Below are positions 21,440 to 36,059 of a stretch of 64,000 bases of DNA, piece by piece. Source of the DNA: the human T2T-CHM13v2.0 reference genome, Homo sapiens; NCBI RefSeq assembly GCF_009914755.1, contig NC_060933.1; one strand, written 5' to 3'. Made by a program: the position numbers and the translations under genes. Positions within the stretch are counted from its first letter, which is position 1. Every line of letters begins with the position of its first letter. The notes below the pieces were generated by a model, which was given only the letters and a program-made list of their open reading frames with translations, had not been told where the DNA came from and made no database searches.

Positions 21440-21772
21440 TGTTGGAGAACCATCTACTCAGGGGAATAAAGGGAGGAACATTTATTCATCATTCCCATTC
21501 CCATTCCCATTAGTTAAGAATGGCCCAAAGGGGTATTAACTAATTGTCCCACAGTCTGGTTTGTACATACATGAGCAACACGTGGGTTCCCATGAGTCCC
21601 AAAACACTGTGTATGAGAATCCAGGGCAGCAAGTGAGAGGGGCAAAATGATGTCAGGTTCTACCATGGGGAAGCTGGTTGAAACCTTCATGGAAACTGAT
21701 TGATAAAGTAGTTGCTAGAAAAAGAAGAAAGCCCTAGAGAATTTGAAGCGCTGCATAAGAGGTGTTCAATAC
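21440..21772 (-). mobile_element. ERVL LTR, LTR16A-like
   Basis: ggggtattaact...gtttgtacatacatgagc...ataagaggtgttcaataca terminal pattern. Confidence 0.55.
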
Positions 21773-22984
21773 AGTACATTGGCTCACTGCATTTTCAAAC
21801 ATGTTGCTGAGAATAGATGGAGGCAGCTGCTGACTATGATTGAGGTTTCTCAGTAGAAAACCACGAGTTAGACAGGTCTCAAAAACCATGGGAAATGGGA
21901 ACGCCTGAAATAAAAATAGCTTCCTCTTCCCTTTCCTTGCTCAAGTCATAGAGTCATGGATCGTAGACAATGAGCTTATCAACCCAGGACTATCTCCTGA
22001 GATGTGAGCAACAATTAACACATAACCAATTAGGCATGCTCACATATACATGTCTTTTTTGTATTTAGGTGGTCAGTTATGCAATACTAAAATGAATTGG
22101 CTTTGCAGGAATACTAGAAAGATTTAGGGGCATACCATTATTTAGAAGTATGGTCGTAAAAGAGTGAATTCAGATGAAAATAAGGTGATGGAATTCCAGA
22201 GTAATACTAAGAGTGCATTTTGTTTTGTTTTGTTTCTACACAGTTGAGTATATTGGGGAAGAATTTCATATACAAGGAGGCATTAAACCTGAATGTTGAA
22301 TGATAAACAGATTTTTTTTCCAGACAGAGGAACAAGAAACATTTTAAGAAAAAGGCATGGAGTTGTCAAAGAGTGTGGCACATTAAGGAAATGGTGGAAC
22401 ATTTAATGGAATATAGGATGTGTGGAGGAAAGAGAAAGGCAGGCATTTAGTTATGCACAAAATAGTAGGGATCAGATTTTAGGGCCTTTATTCCATGCTG
22501 AGCTACTTGAACTTTATCTTATAAATTATACGGAGTCATTGAAAGTCTTTGAGGTGGGGCCATTGATGGATGCCAGTTTCATGGATACCTTTAAGGTTGA
22601 AACACAGGTAGGTCTCATAGGTGACTGAATAAAAATCAGCCTTATCTAAGCACACTTGTCCCAGATGTCCCTGCAGGACCACTTGATTATGTATTTGTCC
22701 TGCTGCTTTCCACCCTCAAATTCATGCTTATCTGGATTATCTCTGGAGCTTGCTGTAGCCCTTTGATTCTTCAAACACGTTTGGATGCCCTTCCCTCATT
22801 CTGTGACTTAAGTGCCTGCTCAGCCATCAGCTCCTAGATTTTAGTGTCATCTAAAGGTTGCGATAACAAATATTTCTTCCCCAAGCCTTATTTCCACATG
22901 CTCTTCTCCAATTTGTTGATTCCTCTAGCAATCCTAGCCAGAAGACAGTGGTGGTGGTGCGAAAGGCTCTGGAATTGAAGAATT

Positions 22985-23068
22985 GAATAGTTGTAACAGG
23001 CCATATGAACCTGAAAGCCTAAAATACTCATTATCTGGCTCTTTACAGAAAATGTTTGCTGATGCCTG
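22985..23068 (+). mobile_element. hAT-Charlie MITE (MER58-like) fragment
   Basis: aaagcctaaaatactcattatctggctctttacagaaaatgtttgctgatgcctg terminal sequence. Confidence 0.75.
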
Positions 23069-23778
23069 CCCGGGATCAAAATCAGGCAGTTAATGAAAAG
23101 AAACTAATATGCAAGCACATTCTTGTAATGTTTTAAAATTTCAGGTGAGGAGAAAAAACATAAAAATATTTATGCAAAATGAAAGATCACCCAAAACAAA
23201 ACAAATACCAGGCTGTCCCAAGACACTGTCTCTTGTAACAGTGGAGAAACATCTATGCAATTATGAAAGGAAAGTTTATGGCCTCAGACAAGTTATCACA
23301 CTGGCATGAAAGCTGTAGAAAGACATCACCAAACAGCAAAGGACACAGAAAATACTTCTCTCACTTATCTTTTTTGAAGAAATACATGGATAAATAATTC
23401 AGATATCTCTGAGATGAATAAAGATAAAGAGCTTATTAAAAGAGAAGTCATAGATTGAATGGACTGGCAGATTAAATTAAAATAATTTAAACATAAATCT
23501 TGACTTAAATCACACCTCAAAATAAAGGTGAAAGAAAAAATTTAATGTAAATATCTTAAATGATTCTTGAAAGGGCAAATACACAGAGTAAAAATAATGA
23601 CAGTAACATAATGATAGTAGACTAGGGCAAGAGTTCTACATCCTACTAAAATAAGTTTTGACAAGGAAAAGGATGCCATATTATGCCAATTTCCTCATCA
23701 TATACGGAGTGCATACGTCTGTCTGTCTATGTGCATGTGGTATGTGTTTTATTCTTAATGCTGAAAGAGCAATATTAA

Positions 23779-24078
<300 letters not shown>

Positions 24079-24211
24079 CAAAATTTTTATGCAATTTAAA
24101 AATTACAACTGATATAACTTAAAATTGGATGTTCATCTTCCAAAAAACAGGGGATTTGAGTAGGGGGTGGTGGAGAAAGAAAATATAAACAATAGTATGG
24201 CAAAAGAAATT

Positions 24212-24576
24212 GTGGGAGTGATTACTGCTCTTTGTTGACTTCTGATTTTTCTCTACTTCCGGCTACAGAGAACATTTGTTCTGGAAGTTATATGTGCCCA
24301 TGCTAATTGCTTTGGCCAACAAATGTGAGTGGAAGTTACTAGTGTCATTTTCTGGAAGAAGTACTTAATTTTCAGTGCTCTACTCTCCAGCTCTCCCTTC
24401 CCTACCTTGGCAGCTGTGAATACCTTTGTTAATAAAGGGAGATAATAAGATTGATGCACTCTGGAATGCTAAGCCAACACACAGCCACTCTGAAGAGGGC
24501 CTCGTCCCTGGGTGGCTTTGCATAAGTACTTAGTTATTTATTATTGCAGCATAATTTATCATAACTGATAAAACAA
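24212..24576 (+). mobile_element. MaLR LTR, MLT1I/J-like
   Basis: ttgctttggccaacaaatgtgagtggaagt and terminal ttattgcagcataat...ctgataaaaca. Confidence 0.65.
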
Positions 24577-25964
24577 AATTTTTGAAATGACAGAAAGCAC
24601 AGAAAATTAATATCACAAATAGTAAACATATCTGCTTATGATCACATACATGTGTTAAACTTATATAATTTTAAAACAGTCTTTGAAATCCAAGCTATTA
24701 TCTACAAGATACAAAAAAGAAAAACCTGATGACTATAGGGAAAGATATATAAGTAGTAATAAAACTCAGTAAGGGTTACTGTATTATTACTATTTAACAT
24801 TAAATAGGACAATAAGCATATATTTTCTTTATGAACTATATAAACTATAATGATAATTCAACTGTCCCAAAATTTTATGTGTGTAATTAAATTGACATAT
24901 AGAAAGCAAAACTATTAGAAACACAAGAAAAGATGCATATAAATAAAGTATAGCTTTAATGATAATGGAGTATCTCACCAGGAATACATAAACATCCTGG
25001 ACTGTATGCACCAAAGTATACAAAGGAGGGGAAAGGTGATCAAATGTTCCAGATGCTGTGAAGTCCGTAAGTTCTTGAGATCTTCTACTTTTTAAAATTT
25101 AGCTCTATGAGGACATTGGTTACCTGGAAAAGACAATTTCAGTAAAGTGATAAGGGCAAAATTGAGTTTTCAAATATCTTAAGGATGGGAGGACAACTAA
25201 TTTAGGAAACTTGGAGGAAAGGGAGAAGATAGATCATGGGCTAGGTAGGTGAGAGAATCTGAGGACAGGAAATACTCGAATATGTTACTTTGCTGAAGAA
25301 ATCTGGGATAAGAAGCATAATGGGTGGAAGGTACTCCCTGTGGAAGCAAGAAAGAATGGGAACCAAAGAAAATGTCTAATCTCTCTAAATGCCTTAGGCA
25401 GAAGAAGGAAAATTCTTCCTTAGTTTAAGAGGTAAGTTCTGATGAAGATGAAGATACATTGGAAGGGTAAATTGAAAACTTGGCAGAGTACCTACTTGAT
25501 GGTTTCTTCTTCATGGCTCCTAATTCTTCTCTTGCTGCCTTATGGAACAAGTTGAGTCTTTCATTTGATAGCCATTCTGGCCATGTTTGAAGATAATTAC
25601 TATATCTCCTCTGAGTTACCAATTCATTGGCCTAAATATACCTAGGTCATTTAATTACTTCTTAGAATTTTGATTTTTATCCCAGATTCTAATGTAAGGA
25701 ATCATCATCAGATTAGTTCTGGTGATTGCCAAAAGAGATTCCTAGAGATATTAGTAAACTAAGGAAACTTGTAATTGTTTTGCTTTCTTATGGAAAGAAT
25801 AATGTAAATTCTAGAAGTGAGGGAAAAGTTAAGTTTGCTATTGTTCCTCAGCAAAACATAAAACAGATAATTAACCTGCGGGTTAATAATGCTAGAGAAG
25901 AATGTGGTGCTTAAAAAGCCAGTGTAGTTTTGCTAAGAGCAAACCAAGCCAAACTAAAGAAGAT

Positions 25965-27290
25965 GACAGCAATTCTCTTGGGGTAATGGATCTTTTTGAG
26001 ACTTACATCACTTGATCTCTCTGTAGCATGTAATGCCCTTAACACTCTATCTCACTGAAAATTGAGTTCTCCCTTAACTCCACCACTGTAGATTTTCTCT
26101 TACTTCTTTAGCTCCTTCTCAATTTATTTGTTTCCTCACTGGTCTTCTTCTCCTCACTTCCTTTTAAACAAGTATTTCTTAAAGTGTGCTCTGAAAACAG
26201 TAGATATCAGAATTCTCAGGAGTGCTAGCTAAAATGTAAATTCCTGTCCAATTCCACACCTTCAGAATCAGCATCTCAGGAAGTGGGACCTGGAAGGCTC
26301 CAATTTTATTTATCACTCAGGTGCTTCTTATATACATTAAAGTTTGAGGCATAACTTTAAATACAATTCCATCCATTTTCATGGCCACAACCACTACCTG
26401 AATGTTTATGAATTCAGTTCTGAAACAATAGAGATAAATATTGAACTCCCTTGAACATCTTCCTGTGGTTGGACAAAAGAATCCTACAAATGAAGAAGTC
26501 AAAATTGTACACACCATCTTTCCCCCTTTCCCTTTTAGGGTTATACTAACACCATCCACTTTGTCACCTATACCTAAACCTGATAAGGCATACACAATTT
26601 CTCTCTTTCTCTGTTATTCTTTGTGTCTTCCATCGACTTCTGTGTTACATCACTTTTACTTCATTTTACTTTTCTCCTTTCCATCCCTGTACATTGGCTT
26701 TATCTGGTTCTTCTTATCATATTGATAGGTGAAGCAGCTTTCTCTCTTATTTTAGGTCTTCTCTCTCTACCTTTAAACCATTTTCTACCCTATAATAAGA
26801 ATAAGCTTTCTAAAATGTAAATCTGTTCATGTCATTCCCCTCCCTCCAATTAAACACTTGGATGTCATTCCATATTCCACAGAAGAAAGCCCAAACACCA
26901 TGGCTTCAATGTATGATCTCTGACAGCATATAGAACCCCCTCCTCCTACCCACTTTAGTCCTGGCCATGCTGATGTATTCTGGTTTCCCAAAGGTGTTGA
27001 ACTTTCTCGTGTTCTTATTTTAAAGAATCTTTTAAAAACTTGATTTTCCTCTCTTGGGATGTTCTTCCTCTACTCTTCTACTTGGCTGAATCTTACCATT
27101 CACTACTCAGCTTAAGAAGTCTGCCTGGAGTCTCCTAATATGGATTAGGTATCTCTTTTGTGTTGATAAAGAATCTCATACTTACCTTTACCACTGAATT
27201 TCTCAAGCTGCATTACAGTTTTGTTTACGTTATGATGCTCCCTATTTGACAGTGAGATCTTTGAGTGTAGGATGGTAGGGATTTAAATGG
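25965..27290 (+). mobile_element. LINE-2 fragment interrupting an L3 remnant
   Basis: ttctaaaatgtaaatctgttcatgtcattcccct and other pyrimidine-rich L2 blocks. Confidence 0.55.
26170..26356. mobile_element. MER5A-type hAT-Charlie MITE
   Basis: agtatttcttaaagtg...aaaatgtaaattcctg...agaatcagcatct...cattaaagtttgag. Confidence 0.75.
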
Positions 27291-27299
27291 ACAAGGCCA

Positions 27300-27960
27300 T
27301 TTAGGTGAAGTTAAATGGAAGTTTTTAGGGAATTCATCTCTCCATTTCAGCAATGCAGCAGACCAAGTATGAATGTATATGGAATGGACTTTAGGTAGAT
27401 TTGTAAGTCTGTTTAACCAAAGATTGATGACTCGTTGATAATCATTTGATAATATATCTATAGTAGAGTGAAACAAATTTTTGTCTTTTTTCCTGTCTTT
27501 TCAGCATTTTTATCAGTGATATGGATAAAGACAAAGCATGTATGCTTATCAAAACTGCATATCATACAGTGTTGGAAAGGATTCTAAGCCCATAGATGTA
27601 AGACAGTTTAAATGGCTCAGCAGACAGGAATATTGGCTGGCAATCCAACAAAAAAAATTAACAACCATAAATAAGCTCCAGATTTTAGCTTCAAGTCAAT
27701 TTCACAAAAATAGGATGAGTGGATTTGCCCTGGCATCAGCTCATGTAAAATAGATTTAGGTATGTTTGTTGACTAGAAACATAATAAAATTCAGCAATAT
27801 GAAAGAGTTTCTAGCATAGATAACCCACTATGTATTCCAACTAATATCTGAATTCTATATTGGCTTGAGTTAGTGTGGCCTTTTCTGATTCTGACTGCCA
27901 GAGGGACTTTGAGAAGCTATAGTATATGCATGCTTTCAAGGAAAAGCAACCTAGATCAAT
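27300..27960 (+). mobile_element. L3/CR1 LINE fragment
   Basis: cctgtcttttcagcatttttatcagtgatatggat...atgcttatcaaaactgca resembles the CR1 RT region; upstream part at about 25700-25960. Confidence 0.6.
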
Positions 27961-28024
27961 ATGGTAGATAAATACTATTTTATGGAGAGATGGCAAAGTA
28001 TAATTGTCATGAGCCATTGAACAT

Positions 28025-29030
28025 TTTATTCATTCATTCATTTAACAAATATTTACTGAACACCTTACTATGTGCCAGGCACTAATCTCAGAACAAAGGA
28101 TTAAGTAGTGAACAAGACAAACCATATTCCAGTTTTCATGTAATTTACATCACAGGAAGGAAGACAACAACTAAATAAACAAGATCATTTGAAATATTAA
28201 CTTTCACAAAGGCAATTCTGAGTGACTATGAACACTTTGTATCAAGTATGTTGGGTCATTGGGAAAGGCCTCTCTGGGTAGACACTTGAGCTAAGACGTG
28301 AATGCCCCAGAGGATCCAGCAATGCAGTATCTGGAAGCAGAGTGTTTCGGGTAGAGAGAAGACTAAGTGTCAAGGCCCTTAGAATGAGGATGGGCTTGTT
28401 GTATTTGAGAAAGAGAGAAGGTATTTGTGCTAGTGTATGGTGAGCTTGGGAAAGAGTGGTTCCAAATGAATTTGAATAGAAAGGTAGGGGAGAGATTTTG
28501 TAGGGTCTTACTAATTGTGGTGAGTTTAGATTCAGTGGTAAGTCCTTAGGGGACTTAATTACAGCAGTGAAATTAGCAAATCATTTTATGGTAGAGAAAG
28601 GTTACTCTGGCTGTTGTACATAGAATGCAGGGAGCCCAATTTGAATGTAGGCGGACAGTTAGGAGCTTACTGTAGTTGTACAAGTAGGAGAGAGTGAAGT
28701 TTCTATCAAGATTGTAGCAGTTGAGATAGAAAAAGGGAAACAGATTTTAGGTATATTTTGGAGGCAGAGAAAATATACCTAAATTGCTTATAGATTAGAT
28801 GTGGGGTGTGTATGGGGGTCAAATACAGAACTCAAGGGGTATCTCTATGATTTAGTCTTGAGCAATTGAGTAGAGAAGCATGCTTTGCTAAGAAATTCAG
28901 GAATATTGTTTAGGCCATGTTAATTTAAACTCAAAAAGCCGTTTCAAGACCCAAATGAAGATGTTAAGTAGACAGTTGAATGTAAGTGTCTGGATCTTAG
29001 TGGAAAGGCATTGCTGGATGCTTAGGTTTG
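28025..29030 (-). mobile_element. LINE-2 (L2a) 3' portion
   Basis: attcattcattcatttaacaaatatttactgaacaccttactatgtgccaggcact terminus followed by ~1 kb of L2 body. Confidence 0.8.
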
Positions 29031-29304
29031 AGATTTAACTGGATTACAAAGTGGCTGTGTATTTACAGGAAGACTTACTTGGCTGGTATTTACTTCATGT
29101 GGACATAAAATGTGGAAAGTAGGTACTGTATATAACTTTATTTATCATGGTGGCTGCCCCATAGTAAGCTTTTGTTGCCTGCCACATATTTTATTAGTTA
29201 GAATACTGTTGTCTGCAAGTTATAAAACCTTAACTGGTTTTAAAAACATGGATGATTTATAATTTTATATAATAAGAAATCATAGGGTAGGATAGCTCTA
29301 GAAT

Positions 29305-29340
29305 TGGTTAATTCTATGGCACTGGTTAATTCTATGGCAC
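29305..29340. repeat. Perfect 18-bp tandem duplication
   Basis: tggttaattctatggcac x2. Confidence 0.95.
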
Positions 29341-30388
29341 AAGAAATCATTAAGGACCCAGTTATTTTCATCTTTGATTATGTTCTCTTCTTGGTATATC
29401 AGTATATTCCTGATTATGACAACTAAATGGTAACATCTAGTGAAGGAACAAGGTCTGTTTCTTTTCATTCATCTCTTTTATTTCACAAATGTTTTATTTA
29501 AAAAAAATTTTAGGCATTCAGAAAAATTGGAAAAAAGTAGTTTTGGAGTTTTTTTTGCCAAATCATTTGAAATTAAGTTACTGACACCATGACACTTTCT
29601 TCTAAATACTTTGACATGCATCACCAAAGAATTACAATATCATACTTAAAGACAGTACAATCATCAGACTTCAGGAGATTAACCATAATTTCATAATATC
29701 ATTTCAAATCTAGTGTATATTCAAATCCTCCATTAGCTCCCAAATATCTTTTATATTTATTTTTTAAAAGTCTAAGATCCAGTGATTATGCATCCATTGT
29801 ATTTGTTTACGCTCTAGTCTCTTTTTATCTAGAACAGTCCCCATACCTTTTTATTTTAGTGACATTGATGCTTTTGAACAGTTCAGGCCTTGCAATATGT
29901 ACCACATACTGAATTTATCTGATTGTTTTCTTGTGGTATCATCTAAATTTTTCCTCCATTCATTGTATATCTAGACACTAGGCCTAGTGCTTGAGTAGAT
30001 TTAGATTATTTTTGGCAAGATAACTTCATAGGTCATGCCATGCACTGCACATCACAGCATATCAGGGTACAATGAATGTCCTACTATTAATAAGTTTGAT
30101 TATTTGATTAAGCTGGTGATAGTCATATATCCATTATAAAAGCATATATTCTCTTCAAAGTTCAGTAATCAATCTGGGGGAGGACGTGATAATTTGCCAG
30201 CATGCTGTTCCTCAGCTAGTGATTTTAGCATCAATTGATGATACTTACTTGGATTGATTATTACATTGGGGGTTACAAAATATTGTTCTAATTCTGCCTT
30301 TTTCACATTTATTTTTCACATTTATTTATTCACATTCTATCTTTTTCACATTTATTTATTTGTAATTTTCTTTAAAAAAGATAACTTC

Positions 30389-30711
<323 letters not shown>

Positions 30712-31062
30712 TTAAATGTTCCTATGGATTCATACATTTATTTTGAATAAAATGTTATGGTTGATTATAGTGACTGCTCTTTTGGATGCTTAAATTGACC
30801 CCAGTTTTGCCAGTGGCAACACCTTTGAGCTGGCTTTGGTGCTCTTTTGATGTTATTCCTTTAGTTTTCTGGCAAAATAAAGTATCTAGGATTAACCTTT
30901 GTACTTTTCTGTCCTAGACATAGAATTAGGCATTTTTTTTCAACAAGGTGTTATTCCCGTAAGTGGGGACTGGCAATTAGAAATCAAGATATATACTAGG
31001 TGTGCTTATTGATGGTGGCTTATCAGTCATTCTAACCTCTGTTAGTGGAAAGAGCTGGCATA

Positions 31063-32335
31063 TGTTATAGGCCTTCAAAAAGTTCTTGGAAAATGTGTAT
31101 TATGAAAAACTATGCATGGATTTTAAAATTTTGCACCAAAATAAACTCATACAACTTGTTATAACATGCATGAATAAGATCTAGTTTGAAGTACTCAGAA
31201 GGCTGAGATGGCAGTTGAAGAGAGCACCTATTAGAGTAACATAAATTCTGCTAAAATTCAAGCAAAACAAACATTAAATTTATGATGAAGCCTGGGTGGA
31301 AGAATATGAAATCATGGTTGCTTTACAAAAGGTTGCTGGGAGCAATGTCCCAAATAAATGAGCAGTTTACAAATGGATGACTTGTTTTAAGAAGAAATGA
31401 GACAATGTTGAAGATGAAGCCTGCAGTAGCAGGCCATCCATATCAATTTGCAAGGGAGAAAATTATCTTGTTCATGCCCTAATTGAAGAGGACCAATGAT
31501 TAATGGTACAAACAATAGCCAACACCGTAGACATCTCAATTAGTTAAGTCACAATTCTGATGGAAAATTAAAGTTGAGTAAGCTTTCCCCTCAATGTGTG
31601 CCAAAACCATTATACTCAGGTTGGCTGCAGACAAGCGCAGAGCTTTCAATGGAAATTTTAAGTGAGATGAAGCTCCTGAAGCATTTCTTTGAAGAATTGT
31701 AACAGGAGATGAAACATGGCTTTATCAGTACAATTATGAATACAAAGCACAATCAAAGCAATGGCTACCAAGAGGAGGAAGTGGTCCAATAAAAGCAAAA
31801 GTGACTGGTCAAGGGCAAAGGTCATGACAACAGTTTTTGGGGATGGTCAAGGTATTTTGCTTGTTGACTTTCTGGAGGGCCAAATGATTATAACATCTAC
31901 TTATTACGAGAGTGATTTGAGAAAGTTAACCAAAGCTTTAGCAGAAAATGCCCAGGGAAGCTTTTTAAAGAGTCCCTCACCACAACAATGGTCCTGCTCA
32001 TTCCTCTCATTACACAGGGTAAGAGTTTTGATGAGAAATCACTAAGCATCCACTGTGCAGTCCTGATTTGAATTCTTCTGACTTCTTTTTGTTTCCTAAC
32101 CTTAGAAAAACCTTTAAGGGGGTACTCATTTTCCTTCAGTTAACAATGTAAAAAAGACTGCATTGAGTTGATTAAATACATAAGACCCTCAATTCTTTAG
32201 AAATGGACTAAATGGCTGGTTTCATTGGTTACAAAAGTATCTTGAACTTGATGGAGCTTATGTTGAGAAATAAAGTTTGTATTTTAAATTTTTATCTTTT
32301 AATTCCATTTTCTGTAAGATTTCGAAGTCCCCTCA
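31063..32335 (+). mobile_element. Near full-length Hsmar2 (Tc1/mariner) DNA transposon with decayed transposase
   Basis: TIR remnants cttcaaaaagttcttggaaaatg and ccattttctgtaagatttcgaagtcccctc; motifs VTGDETWLYQY (from 31699) and HPLCSPDLNSSDFFLFPNL (from about 32047); many stops and frameshifts. Confidence 0.92.
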
Positions 32336-33189
32336 TGTGTTAGTGTAATCTATATAATCATAAGTTTGTTTTGATATTTTCAATTTAAATCTATCTAGCA
32401 TTATGCTGTCTTATTTTACTTTATGTTTGTATGTTTTCTTATAGTAAATATAAATATATATGCAACAAATTATAATACACGTAAATTAACTTAAAAATTA
32501 TAATACCAACAATGCTGTTAAAAAATTCTACTGAGTGAATTTTTTTAAGATTTCTTTGTAGTTCTTTTTGGTTTTAGAATATCACTAAAGATATATAATC
32601 AGATAAATACAATATATTGACATGATTGTGACTATGTTATCGGTTTGATATAGAGTATGGAGTTATGTTCAGTTGGTCTGTGTCTTTTTTAGAAGCAAAG
32701 AAAACTGATTTTTTTATAAAAATGATTTTTGTAATGATAGTTTCCATTTCCATACCCATCAGCAACATATGAAAAAGTCCTCTTCACCACAGCTATACTA
32801 ACTTTGGGGATTTGTATTTTTTTCATGTTTTAATGTAGAATGGCACATGTACATGTAGTTAGTGAAGTGGCCTAGAAATTCATAACAATTGTCACAATAA
32901 TAAGTGTAAAACAAGATAGTGATATTACCAAACATCCATCTCCCTTCTTCCTTCCTTCCTTCCTAGAAGATCTGTATGACCTCTTTTCAAGTCTCATGGT
33001 CAAGGAAATGGGATTTTCAATATTGGTCTTAACTAATCAGTATTTATTTCTGAGTCACATGGAGGACAGATGGAAACCAGGACAAAATCTAGCCTCCATC
33101 AGCAAGGAAGAAGGGAGAGGGATGTTTGACTGGCAACATCGCTATCTTTTACATTTATTATTATGACAATTTTTGTGAATTTCTAGGCC

Positions 33190-33740
33190 AATTCACTAAA
33201 TACATGTATGTGTACCATTCTACATTAATATGTGAAAACATACAAATCCCCAATGTTAGTATAGCTGTGGTGAAGATGATTTTTTCATATGTTGCTGGTG
33301 GGTGTGGAAATGGAAACTATCATTGCAAAAACCAGTTTTATAAGACATTTATATGGTTTGGTTTAAAAAACTTATTTGCCCTTGTCAGGTGGAAATAATC
33401 CAAATAATTCAAACAAATTAAATGGCTATGTAGTCAAATGGTTAATTAAATCATAATGCTTGATGGAAGTGTGGCTCCATCAAATATGATAATTGTGGAA
33501 ACCATGTAGTAACTCATGTAATATGAAATGTGTTTAAATGTGTTTTGGAAGGCAAATGGGGAAAAAAACAAAATATAAAAGTATGCCTATGCAATAATTG
33601 TAACTTAAGAATTATATCTGCACGTAGGCAAAGGCTAAAACAGAACACAGGAAAAGGAAGTCAGTTTGATGGGGATGGGTGGATGGTGGACTGTAGGTAA
33701 ATTTCTAATTTTATTTAGAGTTTTGTTAATGTTTGTCAAC
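33190..33740 (+). mobile_element. Old L1ME 3' fragment
   Basis: tcatatgttgctggtgggtgtggaaatgg...ttgcaaaaaccagttt. Confidence 0.5.
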
Positions 33741-34930
33741 TAAAAACAAACAAACATAGGCAACTGAGGGGGAAAATCTCTCCCATGTTCTGAACTCAAT
33801 AAGATTCATCTGAGCTCTTAAGCAGTTCTGAATCTTCTTTTTGAGAAAAATCTAACTGTAACTGCAAGCACTTTCATAACCTACCTCACCCACGTCATCT
33901 GGGAAAGTATAAGTCAGATTCCACAATTACCCCAACAGAATGTCAATTGTGCCACTGGAATGTCTCATATCAAAAGCCGTTGGAATTTGCTTCGTTTAAC
34001 CACATAGAATAACTGTACCCTTGGTGCTGCCAGAAAGCTCAGTCTGCGATTGATTGCTGTAGTTCTCTCCCAGAGCACAGTTGAGTTGATTGCTTTTTTG
34101 AGAAAGCCTCTAAGGGATTTGCTGTCTGTGTGCCTATTGGGCTGTCTGTGCCCCTGGCTGGAGCAGAAACTGAGGAAGGAAGATCCTACGGCTCATCAAG
34201 TAAAACGGTCTTTTGGGGAAGAAGCATTCTTAGAAATGCTGCACCAAGAGTTGGAATTGAGAATTCAGAAAACATGATAGAGAAGGAACAGGAAGAAACC
34301 ATTTGGACATCCAAAAATAAAAGGCCAGGTAATGGAAACATAGAACTCAGCAGAAAATGAGATTATCAAAGCATGTATGTGAGGACATTTCTTTTATGTA
34401 GGTCCTGGCCAGAGCAGAGCTAGCCTTTCCAAGTTTCTAACTCAGCCTAGATAAGTAACAGAGGCCCAAGAAAATGTATATGCAATACTTGTGGGTTATA
34501 TTTGCTTTGTATTATATTAGTTTTGTATTTGTATATTAGCATTTTAGAATTGCCTTCAATTAGTACCAATTTAGTATTTTTTCCCTTTGCTTTAACGAGG
34601 AATCTCCATAAGACATAGTTAAGTGAGGACTGTTGCTTTATCTTCTGTAAAGCCACACTGAAGACATCATCTGTTGTTTTACTCAACATCTAGGTGATGA
34701 GTTCTTCTTATAACTCTGTGATAAATAAATGCTTGTTTGGAGTTCTTCTTAAAATGCAGAGCCAGGAAAACATTTCTCTCTTCTCATGTGCTGATTAATT
34801 TCCTTTTATCCTACAGCAAGAACCATGAAACTATAATTTTAATTTTTGTCTTGCTTTGAGTGCCAGGAAGCTCACAGCTAAATGTAATGCTTAGATACTT
34901 TCCTAACAGTTGGTGTCAGGTATAATGATA

Positions 34931-35068
34931 TTTTCTTTTTTTTTTTTAAGAGACAGAATCTCACTTTGTTGCCCAGGCTGGTGGTCTCTAACTCCTGGAC
35001 TTAAGCAATCCTCCCGCCTCAGCCTCCCAAAGTGCTGGGATCACAGGTATGAGCCACCATGCCCAGCT
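34931..35068 (-). mobile_element. FLAM-C / Alu left monomer
   Basis: Single monomer: tctcactttgttgcccaggctgg...ctcctggacttaagcaatcctcccgcc...catgcccagc. Confidence 0.85.
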
Positions 35069-35171
35069 ATGATCTCCTATGCTGTTTTTGTCATCTTGTT
35101 ATATAAATTTTGACTGTTCAATTTTTATATTTGCTCATTTTCGAGTCCCTTAAAAAATTTTAAAGGGGGAA

Positions 35172-35231
35172 ATATACTATCTGTAAATAAATATTTAATG
35201 GATATACTATCTGTAAATAAATATTTAATGG
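35172..35231. repeat. Perfect 30-bp tandem duplication
   Basis: atatactatctgtaaataaatatttaatgg x2. Confidence 0.97.
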
Positions 35232-36059
35232 AAAATTTGAAGACAGCAATTCATAATGGAAAGAAAAGGGTTTTGGCTATAATACAGGTCTGAGTTTATA
35301 TTCTTATCCCTCTGTAGGCTTTGTGAGTTTGGGCATATTGCTAATCCTGATTAATACTTAATATTCTCTTTTGGAAAATGGAGGTAAGTGGTCAGATAAA
35401 CACATAAACTTACTGTGTGGATTAAAGATTGTTTTCTCTCCCTATGAACAAGGCCCATTATTGTAGCATGGAAAAGAAAAGACTGAAGGGAAATACAAAT
35501 GTTGTCATGAAATACAGGAAGGGCTATCATGTTTCAAAGGGCCAGCAGAGCTAGGACTAGTAGATCAATGTAATAAAAGGTTGGATTTTGATTCCAAAAG
35601 AAAAAGCAATTCTCTCACTATTAGATCATTCTAACAATGAGATGAGATTCTTGTCACTGCAAGTGATGAGCACCATCTGGAAGAGCAGTCTTGAGGTATC
35701 TGACACAGAGTTTGGGCACTGGATGGAACATTGTCCCAAGTGCTACATGAAGCTCTGCCCAACTCGGAGTGTTCTTACTATACCACCTTTAACCTCCTTA
35801 AATCTGTTCTTACCAACCAAATTGATTACATCAGACCATGGTCTAACCAGGCATACCAAAACATCTTAAAAGGTAAGTTCATTGTTTGAGGGTCATTTTT
35901 CAGTTTTTTAGAGTAATCTATATCTAATATCCTGCTGACATTGAGGAACTCATGAAGAACTTATCCAAATAAAAGGAACCTAGAGTTAAAGGCAGATATT
36001 TCTGATTGAACTCAATATGTCTGTAAATAAACTCATTAGTGATATACCTTTCACACTTT

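Noticed and set aside
31761-32045. Functional mariner transposase ORF
   Set aside because: Start codon mutated, multiple stops and frameshifts; the ORF is only partly in the transposase frame
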